From the IMG/VR virus record IMGVR_UViG_3300014202_000602, positions 1-38,931 of that record: a DNA stretch of 38,931 nucleotides. One strand, given 5' to 3'. Origin of the DNA: a virus. Its lineage: Duplodnaviria > Caudoviricetes. This document shows, piece by piece, positions 26,484 through 36,016 of this stretch (its first letter is position 1; each line of letters starts with the position of its first letter). Under the pieces are notes generated by a model. It was not told the DNA's origin and did no database searches. It saw nothing but the letters and a program-made list of their open reading frames with translations. The translations under genes and the position numbers were made by a program.

Positions 26484-28328
26484 TCAATGCTCCCTGTAGA
26501 TCTTCCACACAGCATCGACGATTGCTGTTTCCAGACCAGAAGGGCATTTGCCAAAGAACTTGCTGTCTATGTCAGCGTCATTGATCAGGTAGTTGCTCAA
26601 CGCAACACGCTCTTCATCGTTGTTAATCAGCCGCACAGCCGCGTCAATGTACTCGCCAAGCGTATGGGCGCGCAACCAATCCGGCAACCCAACCCGCTTG
26701 GACATCGTCGCGTCGACCGTGGAGTGCGGTTCCTTGCCGACCATACATACAAGCGGCAGACCAAGGTGCATGCAGTCAATGTTGCTGTTGGTGCCGCCGA
26801 ACGGGAATGTGCCGAGCTGAATATGGCACCCTTGGAGCTGGCGCATGTAGTGGTTATAGGCAGAACGCTCATAAGTGAAGGCTCCCGGCAGCATTTCACG
26901 GATCTCCTTAGCAGCTTGGTAGAGGTTCGATCCGATCATATTCGGCCAGAAGTGGAACTCAACCTTGCGCTCTGACTTGCGTTGAATTTCTTGCAGCGTT
27001 CTGATGAACGTGGCATTCAGCTTCAACATCATCGCCGGGATGGCGAGCTTGACCACCGGCGGATCCAGCGTCTGCGGAATCGCTGTGGGAATATCAGCAT
27101 CGACGCGCATGACAAATCTGAACAACGCTCCTTCTGGCAGTGGCACCAGCGTTTCGCTGAACAACGACGGATCAGCAACATCAGCTTCTTCACAAATCAC
27201 GTAATCCATGGCCGGTGAAAAGCTGGAAGCCGGATGGCCCAGCGTCATCAGTTGAATCGGAGCCAAGCGTACAGAAGACAACGCAACCCAGATCAAGTCC
27301 ATGCCAAGAGAAGGATAGTAGATGACGTCCGGCTCGACACTGCGAACGTCCTTGATGATCTCGCTGAGAGCAACCTTGTCTTCCGGCACGGTGATCCATT
27401 TGTCGAATTCTTTCACGGACTCTTCGTCGATCGCATGCGGACGTCCAATACCGACCAACTTGAACTTCGTGCGCAGCTGGCGCAACACCGGCGCATAACA
27501 ACGGTACATCGCATGCAAAGATGTGAACCACTCCAACGGCACGACCATTGTCGGCTTTTTCTTCTTGGCAGCTCGAGGATTGAATTCTTGTGGAACGTAC
27601 CCGTGCGCAACCATCAGCTTTGCATAAAGCCTGTGAATCATTCCCTTGAAGTTGTGCTTGTCGCTTCTGTGTCCATATGAGCAATACATATAGGCGTCCG
27701 ACATCGGCGAAACCAATCTGTCTGTCAGTTCCACGCTTTCGAATATTTCTGCCAACCCAAGCAGCATCTCCTTCCTGTCTTCTGCTGCTTGGTTGCACAC
27801 GTGCATGGTTGTCAACATGCCGATGTACAAGGGGAATGTGATCTGCGGACTCTTCTTGAACGCCTCCTCGAAGTTCATCATAAACCCAGAGCGCAAGGAG
27901 TGGGTCATCATGTACTTTGTCAAGCCGACGGAGTCCTGGAACTTGATCTTGTCGCTGTCACGCTCCGTCGGATCTACCGCCATCTGCGGCAGTAGATGGT
28001 CGCTCGTGCCGAAGACGCTGGCTCGGAACATAACGTCAATGATGGCGTGCTCGCTAGAAAATGCCTCGAAGCCTTCCTGGGACAAGTGATACTCCGGATC
28101 AGCAAGCAGGGAAATGATAGCGGCGCAGAAGCGCGTGTAGAGCACCATCTTCATGTCGGGATTGGTTTGGTAGCCGATGAACTCAGCTCCCGCCTTCAGC
28201 TTACGCAGTCCGTCAAGCAACAACTCGCTGGCCTTCTCGTGGTCTCGAGAATAGACAGCTTTCTCAAGCTTCTCTAGGGACACATTATGCACCTGCACCC
28301 TCGGGTGTTCCTTCTTGGAATCACTCAT
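26484..28328 (-). CDS. HMW1C-family (GT41) cytoplasmic protein N-glycosyltransferase
   Basis: AGGAGG RBS. All-helical N-domain (SLEKLEKAVYSRD...F..SDHLL), DAYMYCSY, H..YRCY, YYPSLGMD, RLAPIQ..TLGHPAS, MLKLNA.F and FPFGGTNSNID..HLGLP. No TPR repeats, as in HMW1C/ApNGT. Confidence 0.85.
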   Translation of the reverse strand: MSDSKKEHPRVQVHNVSLEKLEKAVYSRDHEKASELLLDGLRKLKAGAEFIGYQTNPDMKMVLYTRFCAAIISLLADPEYHLSQEGFEAFSSEHAIIDVMFRASVFGTSDHLLPQMAVDPTERDSDKIKFQDSVGLTKYMMTHSLRSGFMMNFEEAFKKSPQITFPLYIGMLTTMHVCNQAAEDRKEMLLGLAEIFESVELTDRLVSPMSDAYMYCSYGHRSDKHNFKGMIHRLYAKLMVAHGYVPQEFNPRAAKKKKPTMVVPLEWFTSLHAMYRCYAPVLRQLRTKFKLVGIGRPHAIDEESVKEFDKWITVPEDKVALSEIIKDVRSVEPDVIYYPSLGMDLIWVALSSVRLAPIQLMTLGHPASSFSPAMDYVICEEADVADPSLFSETLVPLPEGALFRFVMRVDADIPTAIPQTLDPPVVKLAIPAMMLKLNATFIRTLQEIQRKSERKVEFHFWPNMIGSNLYQAAKEIREMLPGAFTYERSAYNHYMRQLQGCHIQLGTFPFGGTNSNIDCMHLGLPLVCMVGKEPHSTVDATMSKRVGLPDWLRAHTLGEYIDAAVRLINNDEERVALSNYLINDADIDSKFFGKCPSGLETAIVDAVWKIYREH

Positions 28329-29295
28329 TGCCTGCCTCCTTGATGTAAGACTGAATTGTCGTTTTGAGTCCGTCAAGGAAATTGATCTTTGACGTCCACA
28401 CTGTATGGCTGCGAACCTTGTCACTGCTCATGCTGTACCGCAGGTCATTACCTGGTCTGTCTGCGGTGTAGATGACTTCCGGCTTATAGCCTTCTTGAGC
28501 CAGCAAGTCGCAGATCAGCAGCACGACAGCGCGATTGCTCATCTCCGTTCCAGCTTCCAGACAGTAGGAGTTGTTGAGCTTGCCGCGCATCGCCACGTGA
28601 ATCAAGCCAGAAGCGTGGTCGTCAACATGCAGCCAGCTGCGTATGTTGTCTCCACTACCGTGCAGAGTGATCGGCTTACCTTGTAACGAGTTGACAATCG
28701 CCATCGGCACAAGCTTGTCTGGCAGTTGTCCGGGACCATAGGCATTGGCTCCGTGCGTCATCACCCACGGCACGGCGAATGTCCGTCCCCATGCGCGAAC
28801 AAGCCAGTCTGCTGCCGCTTTGCTGGCGCTGTAAGGACTGCTGGGCCTGTAGCGCGATTCCTCTGTGAATTTGTCCGCGCTGTAGAGCGACATGTCCCCG
28901 AACACCTCGTCTGTGGAAACGTGCAGCATCCTGAAGTCTCTTGAAGCTGTCGGCAAGTAAGCCCGAACCGCTTCCAGCACGCCATAGGTGCCGAGCACGT
29001 TCGCCTCAAGGAATGTTTGCGGACCGCTGATTGATCTGTCGACGTGTGATTCCGCAGCCAGGTGCATAACGATGCGAACCTGATACTCTTTCAGCACATT
29101 GTAGACGAGCTGCCAGTCGCACACGTCGCCGACGATCAGCTTGTAGTTCTCGTCTTTGCTGAGTTCCACGGCTTTGGCCTCGTTCGCTGCGTAGGTCAGC
29201 TTGTCGACGTTGATGACACGATGTCCTTGCTCCAGCAACTTCTCGCAGACCCTCGTGCCGATGAAGCCGCAACCGCCAGTGACCAGGATATTCAC
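28321..29295 (-). CDS. rmlB: dTDP-glucose 4,6-dehydratase
   Basis: ILVTGGCGFIG, DKLTYA, HLAAESHVDRSI, HVSTDEVFG, PSSPYSASKA and DRPGND motifs. Confidence 0.93.
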   Translation of the reverse strand: MNILVTGGCGFIGTRVCEKLLEQGHRVINVDKLTYAANEAKAVELSKDENYKLIVGDVCDWQLVYNVLKEYQVRIVMHLAAESHVDRSISGPQTFLEANVLGTYGVLEAVRAYLPTASRDFRMLHVSTDEVFGDMSLYSADKFTEESRYRPSSPYSASKAAADWLVRAWGRTFAVPWVMTHGANAYGPGQLPDKLVPMAIVNSLQGKPITLHGSGDNIRSWLHVDDHASGLIHVAMRGKLNNSYCLEAGTEMSNRAVVLLICDLLAQEGYKPEVIYTADRPGNDLRYSMSSDKVRSHTVWTSKINFLDGLKTTIQSYIKEAGNE

Positions 29296-29756
29296 ACTTG
29301 TTCTCCTTTAATATGGCCGCTGCTGATCAGGATGTCTTTGAACTCTGTCGCGCCAGCCGCCAAAGCGTCCAGCAACTTGGGATACGGCAACCCAAGTGCG
29401 GTGCTGATTCCTTTGACCATGATCTCAACCATGACGCTGCTGATGCGCACATTCTCCATGTCTTCAAACTTCAGTGCCTCGTCCATCTCATGGCGGATGA
29501 TGTTCGACAGGGCAGCGGCTGCATGGACAAAGTCCTCGACCTCCGGCTCCGCGTCAAGAGCAATGAGAGTCTGGCAAGTCGCGGCGAGTGCCAGCATCAT
29601 CTGCGTTGTCAGAGCTTCGAAATTATTGACGTACAACCCGCTGTGGATCATCTCGTTGAGCGCGACATTCATGCCGCGACGACAGTCCGTTATCAAATTT
29701 GGCGCATCCTCTAGCGGAGGGAACAACGGTCGCAGCATGTCAAGTTCTGTCTTCAT
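29292..29756 (-). CDS. Hypothetical all-helical acidic protein
   Basis: 154 aa, translationally coupled on both sides; no motif recognised. Confidence 0.65.
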   Translation of the reverse strand: MKTELDMLRPLFPPLEDAPNLITDCRRGMNVALNEMIHSGLYVNNFEALTTQMMLALAATCQTLIALDAEPEVEDFVHAAAALSNIIRHEMDEALKFEDMENVRISSVMVEIMVKGISTALGLPYPKLLDALAAGATEFKDILISSGHIKGEQV

Positions 29757-30748
29757 CTAATCACCTCGCGCAATGAGTCCATGACGTAAGCAACGTCGGC
29801 CTCTGTTAGAAAATTATGGAATGGCAATCCGACCAGCCTGTGCCGAAGATGTTCTGTGACAGGCAGTGGCCTTGCGACACGGAAGTCTTTCCTCTCGTCC
29901 AGCCATGGCCGATACCATTGACGAATTTCAATCCCGCGATCTGCCATCGCGCTCGCCAGCAGGGGAACTTCGTCAATCAACTTGACGACGAGCAACGTGT
30001 TGTACTCGTGCGTGGTGTAAGAGAAGTCCTCAAGACCGTGCTCCTTGTACCACTTGATAACGGTTGCTGTTCTGTAGCTCTTCTTCACAGCTCTGCCCAA
30101 TGCGGCCAACGCCACGGCAGCGTGGTATTCGCTCATCTTGGCGTTGGTGCCGTGGGGACCAAACTTAGCAAGACTGCGAATTTCGTCAAGCCAACCTTTA
30201 TTCGCGCTTGCAACGAATCCACCCTCGCCTGCCCCAACGAACTTGGTAGCGTGCATGGAGAAGCAGGTGGCGACGTGATAGTTTTTCGAACATTGCTGGG
30301 CGTACAACGCTCCTGCAGCATCAACTACGATCGGGCGGAAACGGTTCTCCCAATTTTTCATGTTCACAGGCTTGCCGAATGTTGCAACCGGAATCAGCAT
30401 GTCGCAATTGTCGTATTTCAAACGGTGATCCAGCAGCCACGTATCCGCATCTACATCGTACAGAATAGGACTGTGCCGTTGGCTTGCAGCAAGTCCCGTC
30501 GCCGAGAATGTCAAGGCAGGAAGGCCAATCTCTGCTTTATCAGCACCAAACGCGTGTAGTGTCAGTTCCAGCGCCGCCGTTCCGTTGGAGACGACCGCCA
30601 CCGGCACACCGCAGATGGCCTCCAGCTTCTCAGTCAGCTGCCGAACCAACGGACCGTCATTGACATAGGTCTTGGATTCATCGATGCTGCGCAGGTACGG
30701 CATCAAGTCTGCCGCGGGGGGCATGTCAGGAATCAGCACTTTGATCAT
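29753..30748 (-). CDS. DegT/DnrJ/EryC1/StrS PLP-dependent sugar aminotransferase
   Basis: VSNGTAAL, PALTFSAT, VDAAGA, FSMHATKFVGAGEGG and NAKMSEYHAA motifs. Confidence 0.92.
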   Translation of the reverse strand: MIKVLIPDMPPAADLMPYLRSIDESKTYVNDGPLVRQLTEKLEAICGVPVAVVSNGTAALELTLHAFGADKAEIGLPALTFSATGLAASQRHSPILYDVDADTWLLDHRLKYDNCDMLIPVATFGKPVNMKNWENRFRPIVVDAAGALYAQQCSKNYHVATCFSMHATKFVGAGEGGFVASANKGWLDEIRSLAKFGPHGTNAKMSEYHAAVALAALGRAVKKSYRTATVIKWYKEHGLEDFSYTTHEYNTLLVVKLIDEVPLLASAMADRGIEIRQWYRPWLDERKDFRVARPLPVTEHLRHRLVGLPFHNFLTEADVAYVMDSLREVIR

Positions 30749-31324
30749 TTATTTCTCCTGTAGGATGGTACGCCCAAGAATGTAGGTCTTTCCCGCATGG
30801 TGCTTTTTCCAATATGCTGGGTTGTGCACTTGCGTGAATTGCAAGTTGTTAGCCGCGCACCATTCTGCAGCGTGACGCCCAAGCGCAATCACTCGACGGA
30901 ATTTGGATAGCTCCGGTGCAATCCTAGCCTCCGAGTTGCACGAATAGGCGTTGACCCAATACAAGGCATGTTCAGGGATTCCGAATTGTTCTAGGTGCTC
31001 AGCGAGCCACCCGGAAGACCCTGTCAAAATTACAGATACAAACGGCCAATCGACCCCGTCATGCCCAGAAGAACGGTTGCCGACTATGAGTGTTTCTGCC
31101 TCGTAATTGCCAATCCCAATGCTTTGATTGGAGGCCGAATACCCCATCACCAACCGCTCCAGCATGCGACGCAATCTGACGTCCAAAGACGCCATGAACT
31201 CATGCGGTAGACGAACAGTTCCCGGAATACCTTTGGAAGCTTTTGTAAACACTTCCAGTATCCGTAGAATGTAGCGCTCCGGAGGCGCAGAACCATCCTT
31301 CTGCACAACGACGTTCGCACGCAT
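30749..31324 (-). CDS. Uracil-DNA-glycosylase-fold-like protein, divergent
   Basis: LIVGNRS, WPFV...GSSG.L...L...GI, YWVNA, VIALG..A and HNPAYW follow the UDG-superfamily motif order with altered catalytic positions. Confidence 0.55.
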   Translation of the reverse strand: MRANVVVQKDGSAPPERYILRILEVFTKASKGIPGTVRLPHEFMASLDVRLRRMLERLVMGYSASNQSIGIGNYEAETLIVGNRSSGHDGVDWPFVSVILTGSSGWLAEHLEQFGIPEHALYWVNAYSCNSEARIAPELSKFRRVIALGRHAAEWCAANNLQFTQVHNPAYWKKHHAGKTYILGRTILQEK

Positions 31325-31331
31325 GAGGGAG

Positions 31332-31778
31332 CTATCCTTGGTCCACATATGCAGCGCTCGGCTCTCCAGCGCGTTCTGTCTCGCGCTGCAGCTGCTCAGC
31401 AATCAGTTTGCGAACCTCCTCAACGTCGGCCTCGCAGCGCCAATGCACCACGCGCAAGGTGATCTCCTGGTCCTTGAGGTCCATGGACGAGTTGGCGAGG
31501 AAGTAATTGCCCATGTACGCCTCAACCAACACTTGCCGAGCCTTGCTTGCAGGAGATTCGACCGGAGCGAATCGCTTGGCGACTTCGAGCAATTTATCAG
31601 CATAGTGCGCTGCCTTCTTCAGATCCTCCAGGCCGTTCTTCAACCGCCAGCGTGTGATGTACTTCGTAATCTGCCCTTCCAGGTATCGGTTGCGGAGGAT
31701 GTCTAGGACCATGTCCCAGTGCTGATACCTGGTCTTGTAGTGGGAGCCTCCCTCCTGTCTGTCATTTGCACGCATCAT
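31332..31778 (-). CDS. DUF3310-family protein (putative nucleotide kinase)
   Basis: ANDRQEGGSHYK and EGQITKYITRWRLKNGLEDLKKAAHY motifs; AAGGAG RBS. Confidence 0.8.
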   Translation of the reverse strand: MMRANDRQEGGSHYKTRYQHWDMVLDILRNRYLEGQITKYITRWRLKNGLEDLKKAAHYADKLLEVAKRFAPVESPASKARQVLVEAYMGNYFLANSSMDLKDQEITLRVVHWRCEADVEEVRKLIAEQLQRETERAGEPSAAYVDQG

Positions 31779-32274
31779 TCCAGTCTCCTTCAAGTAGTGT
31801 TAAGAGCTCAAGTTCTTTATCGGACAACGGCGCAAACTCCGACAGGTACATCTTCCAGTTGCTGCGAGCCTTTGCCACGTACATATTGCCGAGTCTGCGC
31901 TCGTGGACGCAAAGAATGAGTCCGGCAATAGCGTCCGCCAGACTCAGCACTCGGCTCTCCGCCTGCGTCAACAAGTCAGTGTAATCCTTACCATGAGCCT
32001 CTTGGATGATAGTGGTTTCGTAGGCAGCGAACTGTTTGCGAACACCGAGAGCACGCTTGGAAGGTGCAGGCAGGTCGCCAGTGATGTGCTCAGCAACGTC
32101 GTGTTGGAGAGCGGCCAACAACAGGTTCGCGCTGGGCGTCTCCTCGCTGATCAGCTCGCACACCCACGCCACGTGGAAGCTATGATGGCCCACGGTCTCC
32201 TGTGTCAATGTCGACAAGGTGTGGAAACGGCGGACATACCCACCGTTGACAATCAGATCCAGCTTATTCCGCAT
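31762..32274 (-). CDS. HD-domain nucleotide phosphohydrolase (YfbR-like)
   Basis: VRRFHT, ETVGHHS, ALQHDVAE..TGDLPAP.K and LAD motifs. Confidence 0.85.
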   Translation of the reverse strand: MRNKLDLIVNGGYVRRFHTLSTLTQETVGHHSFHVAWVCELISEETPSANLLLAALQHDVAEHITGDLPAPSKRALGVRKQFAAYETTIIQEAHGKDYTDLLTQAESRVLSLADAIAGLILCVHERRLGNMYVAKARSNWKMYLSEFAPLSDKELELLTLLEGDWNDACK

Positions 32275-33304
32275 GATTCGTGGCCTCCTTGGCAGCGTCG
32301 CGCCGAGCAATCCATTCTTGGCATGCGATACGCCAGTCAGACGCACGAATAGCCTCTGCCGCACGCTTCCCTCCAGCACCTTTCTTGGCTTTTCGATCGA
32401 ACCAGCTCGCGGCCATGGGCGCTGCAACCTGGTTGAAGAACGGGTCCGAGTACAAGGCGTCGCCGGTGGGGTCCGCTAGGAATCGATCCAGGTCATGCCT
32501 CCAATACCTGTCTTCGACCTGCATCAACGGAAAGGTTTCTGCAAATTCCGGAGACCGCCCATAGGTGATGTTGTAGTAGTCAATCACGTCCACCTGCGGA
32601 AACAAGTCTTTGAATCGCGGCATGCCTATGTAGATATGAAGGTTGTTGGTGAATTGGCGATACACCCCAACCTCGCAGCCGATGCGCGTCGCCATGTACT
32701 CCTGAAGGACGCTGAACTGCACAGCGTTTGCGCCGTAGCAACCCCACACGGCATCGTTGCTACGGTTGCAGACCGTGATGTTGAGAACACCGTCCCGTCG
32801 GTCAAAATAGACATGCGTGTTGCAGGGCAAATCCTTGCCGCCGCAGATACCGACAAGCAAATCAGCCGTGGGTGGGTTGCCGTCGAATGCGTTCCACATC
32901 GCCATCACGCAGCGCCTGCTCTCTGGGTTCGTTGTCAGCTCCCCAACGATAGCGTCGATCTGGTCGAAGCCGAAGAATACACGCCACCTGTGTCCATAGG
33001 CGCTGTGGAACGTCTCACCGTCGTCGCTGTATTGGCCGAACTTGCTGTTGAACAAAGTGGGGAAGGCGACGTCGTTGCGTCCAGCAAGCATCCACAAGGA
33101 TTCCATCAGGTGGAAGTACGGATTGGCGTCACGCAAGTTACTGAACAGGACACGCTCCTTGGGAGATAGGTAGGTGGTGGTCACCGGCTCTGGAGCGACG
33201 ATGACTTCCCCATTTCGGCTGTCCTCGTGCACCCCAGCAACGTGCAAATACCACAGCGCCTCGCTGAGTGCGCTGTTGACGTTTCTTACTTTGAATTCCA
33301 TCAT
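32264..33304 (-). CDS. Thymidylate synthase superfamily enzyme, probable dUMP hydroxymethyltransferase
   Basis: DANPYFHLMESLWMLAGRND, SRRCVMAMW, DLPCN, NRSNDAVWG...N and NNLHIY motifs; Asn at the uracil-specificity position; hypermodification gene context. Confidence 0.85.
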   Translation of the reverse strand: MMEFKVRNVNSALSEALWYLHVAGVHEDSRNGEVIVAPEPVTTTYLSPKERVLFSNLRDANPYFHLMESLWMLAGRNDVAFPTLFNSKFGQYSDDGETFHSAYGHRWRVFFGFDQIDAIVGELTTNPESRRCVMAMWNAFDGNPPTADLLVGICGGKDLPCNTHVYFDRRDGVLNITVCNRSNDAVWGCYGANAVQFSVLQEYMATRIGCEVGVYRQFTNNLHIYIGMPRFKDLFPQVDVIDYYNITYGRSPEFAETFPLMQVEDRYWRHDLDRFLADPTGDALYSDPFFNQVAAPMAASWFDRKAKKGAGGKRAAEAIRASDWRIACQEWIARRDAAKEATNHAE

Positions 33305-34146
33305 CCTCTCCCGTTGTAAAGTGACCGCGGACGGCCTTCGCCATTCTCGACACGCCAGTATTTGTCTGCCTCGCACAAACAATTTTGTAGATCTTGCGCG
33401 TGCATCTGCGGCATCCCAGCCTTCTTGATCAATGGGTTGATCTGATCCCGCAAGTCTTGCAGCGCTCGCGCCCATTCCCCTTCCTTCCACGGAGCATTCT
33501 TGTCACGCTCCAACACCCTGTTCAAGCCTCTGGCGCTTCCTGGTCCCATCGTCGCCCACGACAACCAGTCCGGGGCATCTACCAGCAAGCCTTCGTACTT
33601 GGTGTCCGCGACAATCTGTCCTGCCATGAAGGAACCAATACCGTGGAACGGCAGCAGTCGATTGCAAAATGCGTCGAGCGTGTCACCAGCCTTCGGGCGG
33701 ACCTTCTTTCGCGCCTCCCACAACGGCGTCAGCACGGACAGCCCAAGGTAGTCGGCCTTGGACTTGACCGTCTCTGACTGGATATCGCAGCGCACCATGT
33801 AGGCTCCGGTGAAGACCTTCTCTCCGCGCTCCATTCGGCCGTTCAGCACCTTCATGAAGTGCGTCGGACGCCACGGCACTGGGTATCCGACTTCCGCCAA
33901 CGTCTCTGGCCAATTCACCAGGCGGGCAACGGTCATGGCGAACCACATATCTGGATCCATGGCGTTCGGCTCGCGCCAATTCTGGCGAATCCATTGCGTC
34001 ACGGTGTCCAGCTCCCGATAGACGTTGCAGAACCTGTAGGACTGCAGGATCGGGTCCAGGGTCCAGGGCTTGGGCTTGCCAGCCTCACGCCGCAGATAGA
34101 TCTCGTGGCGTCGTTGTATGAATTGGAATAGGTCTTTAGTTCTCAT
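33301..34146 (-). CDS. 5-hmdU DNA kinase helical-domain protein (aGPT-Pplase1 family)
   Basis: R..IY.RR..G...PWT.DPILQSYRFCNVYRELD, FTGAY, GPGSARGL and QNCLCEADKY motifs. Confidence 0.85.
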   Translation of the reverse strand: MRTKDLFQFIQRRHEIYLRREAGKPKPWTLDPILQSYRFCNVYRELDTVTQWIRQNWREPNAMDPDMWFAMTVARLVNWPETLAEVGYPVPWRPTHFMKVLNGRMERGEKVFTGAYMVRCDIQSETVKSKADYLGLSVLTPLWEARKKVRPKAGDTLDAFCNRLLPFHGIGSFMAGQIVADTKYEGLLVDAPDWLSWATMGPGSARGLNRVLERDKNAPWKEGEWARALQDLRDQINPLIKKAGMPQMHAQDLQNCLCEADKYWRVENGEGRPRSLYNGRG

Positions 34147-34583
34147 GGCATCTCCCAAATCGTGTAAGGACGTTCAGCAGGCGGTTTGCCGTAGACACCC
34201 TTGGCGCGAGGAAGCAACCCAGCCAGCCTGTAGAACTCAGCAGCGTCGGCGTTCGCGTCCTCGCAATTGAGAACCACAGGACCGTTGCTCTTGGCGCGTG
34301 CCCACTTCAGCAGCGCAGTGCCGATCCCACGGCTCCTCCGGTACGGCAGCACGCCCATATAGTGGATCACGCTTCCTGGCTTGCGCACGTATTGCTTGGC
34401 GTAAACAAAGCCGACGAGCTTCGAGCCTTGCAACGCCTTGCCGATCTCACCTTTCTCATAGGCTGACCAATCCTCTTGGAACAACCGGCGGAAGGCCACG
34501 AAACCTTTGGTGAATTCAGACGTCTTCGCAATCGCGCAGATCTCTGGGTCGTCAGCGAAGGTTGCCGTGACCACGCTAACCAT
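34143..34583 (-). CDS. GNAT acyltransferase
   Basis: LVGFV, VLPYRRSRGIGTALL and N..A.EFYRLAG motifs. Confidence 0.85.
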   Translation of the reverse strand: MVSVVTATFADDPEICAIAKTSEFTKGFVAFRRLFQEDWSAYEKGEIGKALQGSKLVGFVYAKQYVRKPGSVIHYMGVLPYRRSRGIGTALLKWARAKSNGPVVLNCEDANADAAEFYRLAGLLPRAKGVYGKPPAERPYTIWEMP

Positions 34584-35172
34584 GGCGCGGCTCCCTGGGC
34601 AGCGTCACCCCGAATACGCTCAACGTGTCCACGACCGGACGTTTGTAGTCGATGGTCTTGGTGTTGAGTCCTCGCGCGGCCAGCTTGGCGAGACTGATGT
34701 GCGACGAGCGATGCTTGGAATCCACGTTCTTCGTGTCCTCCAGCGGTCCCTTGCCCTTCGCCGCACGCCGTATATTCACCCGCTCGACGCACACGTCGAG
34801 AGGTGTCCCCATCATCGCATACACGGCCTTGTGGGTCTTGGGAGCGACCACCTGCATGTACTCGCCGAGCGTGCCGTGGCAGGTGATCAGCGAGCCTTCC
34901 ATGAGCACGTGGGCGTCAGGCACGAGCTTCGTGGCCTTCTCCAGCCACTCCAGGATCTGAGCGTAGGGTTGGATTCCGTCGCATCCGCCGCATTGCGTGT
35001 GGTAGCTGCCCAGGACAATCAGCTTCTGGCGCTGCGGCAGCTCGATGAGCGTCAGCCGCGTCTTCGTGCCGTCGCTGGCCAGGACGCTGGAGTCATAGTT
35101 CTTCAGCAGCCAAAGCGGGATCGTGCTCTTGCCGCTGCCGTTGGTGCCGCCGATCTTGAGTATGGTTTTCAC
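34576..35172 (-). CDS. P-loop kinase of thymidine hypermodification clusters
   Basis: GTG start overlapping the upstream stop; IGGTNGSGKST Walker A, VLGSY...CGGCDGI, LMEG and TPLDVCVERV..RR motifs. Confidence 0.8.
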   Translation of the reverse strand: MKTILKIGGTNGSGKSTIPLWLLKNYDSSVLASDGTKTRLTLIELPQRQKLIVLGSYHTQCGGCDGIQPYAQILEWLEKATKLVPDAHVLMEGSLITCHGTLGEYMQVVAPKTHKAVYAMMGTPLDVCVERVNIRRAAKGKGPLEDTKNVDSKHRSSHISLAKLAARGLNTKTIDYKRPVVDTLSVFGVTLPREPRHG

Positions 35173-35969
35173 AGTTTGAGCTCCTTGACGAAACGATGGG
35201 CGAACAGGGCCGCGAGCATGGTGCCGTTCTTGGCCCCTCCTGTCGATATCCACGTGTGGTTGCCTCGGCGTGCGTAGAAGCCTCCCTTGTGACCTTCCAC
35301 ATAGGGTCTTGCCCCGACGTTGTACTTGAATGCGCCGGTCAAGCCGAACAGGTCGTTCGCTCGAGCGACTGTCAGATCTATCCGGTCCAGACTCCACGAC
35401 TTCTCAATCAGCGCAGTGCCGTCGCCCATCCAGACGTCCTTGTCGATATTGAGTGCGACGGCTTGCCTGTACGGGGCATAGACCACGAGACGCGGTTCCG
35501 GAAGCTGCTGCCGGGGGAATCGCAGCGACGCGCCGAACAGACCCTTGATAGGCGGCATGTCGATGATGCCTTGGGACCAAATGCCTGCGGCAATCAGCAC
35601 CTTGCCACGTAACACCTCGCCGTTGAGCAACGTCACCACGCCGTCGCGCACCTTGACCACCTTGCCGACGCGGTCAGGTTTGACTATGATCTTGCGAGGA
35701 TTGACGTGCTGCGCCTTGACCGTGACGCCGAGGTTGGCGCGAAACACGAGATCTTGCACGGAGTACAAGGAGTTCAGCACGCCGTATCCGGTGGCAATCT
35801 CCTCCTTGCTGAGAGAAGACAACCAGCTCGGCTTTAGAACGCATCCTGACGCTTGGCTGGCTGCATACGCTTCACCGCTGTCTATAACGGTGACACTGGC
35901 TCCACGCTTGCGGGCCAGTGTTGCGGCGATTGACCCAAAGAGGCCAGCGCCCACTACAATTACATCCAT
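35169..35969 (-). CDS. FAD-dependent oxidoreductase (glycine oxidase/DAO-like)
   Basis: DVIVVGAGLFG, ASQASG, LIAAGIWS, GARPY and GGAKNG motifs. Confidence 0.85.
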   Translation of the reverse strand: MDVIVVGAGLFGSIAATLARKRGASVTVIDSGEAYAASQASGCVLKPSWLSSLSKEEIATGYGVLNSLYSVQDLVFRANLGVTVKAQHVNPRKIIVKPDRVGKVVKVRDGVVTLLNGEVLRGKVLIAAGIWSQGIIDMPPIKGLFGASLRFPRQQLPEPRLVVYAPYRQAVALNIDKDVWMGDGTALIEKSWSLDRIDLTVARANDLFGLTGAFKYNVGARPYVEGHKGGFYARRGNHTWISTGGAKNGTMLAALFAHRFVKELKL

Positions 35970-36016
35970 GATCAGCTCCTATCTAACAGTCTCTCGGGTC
36001 CGCCGAGTCGGTCCGC

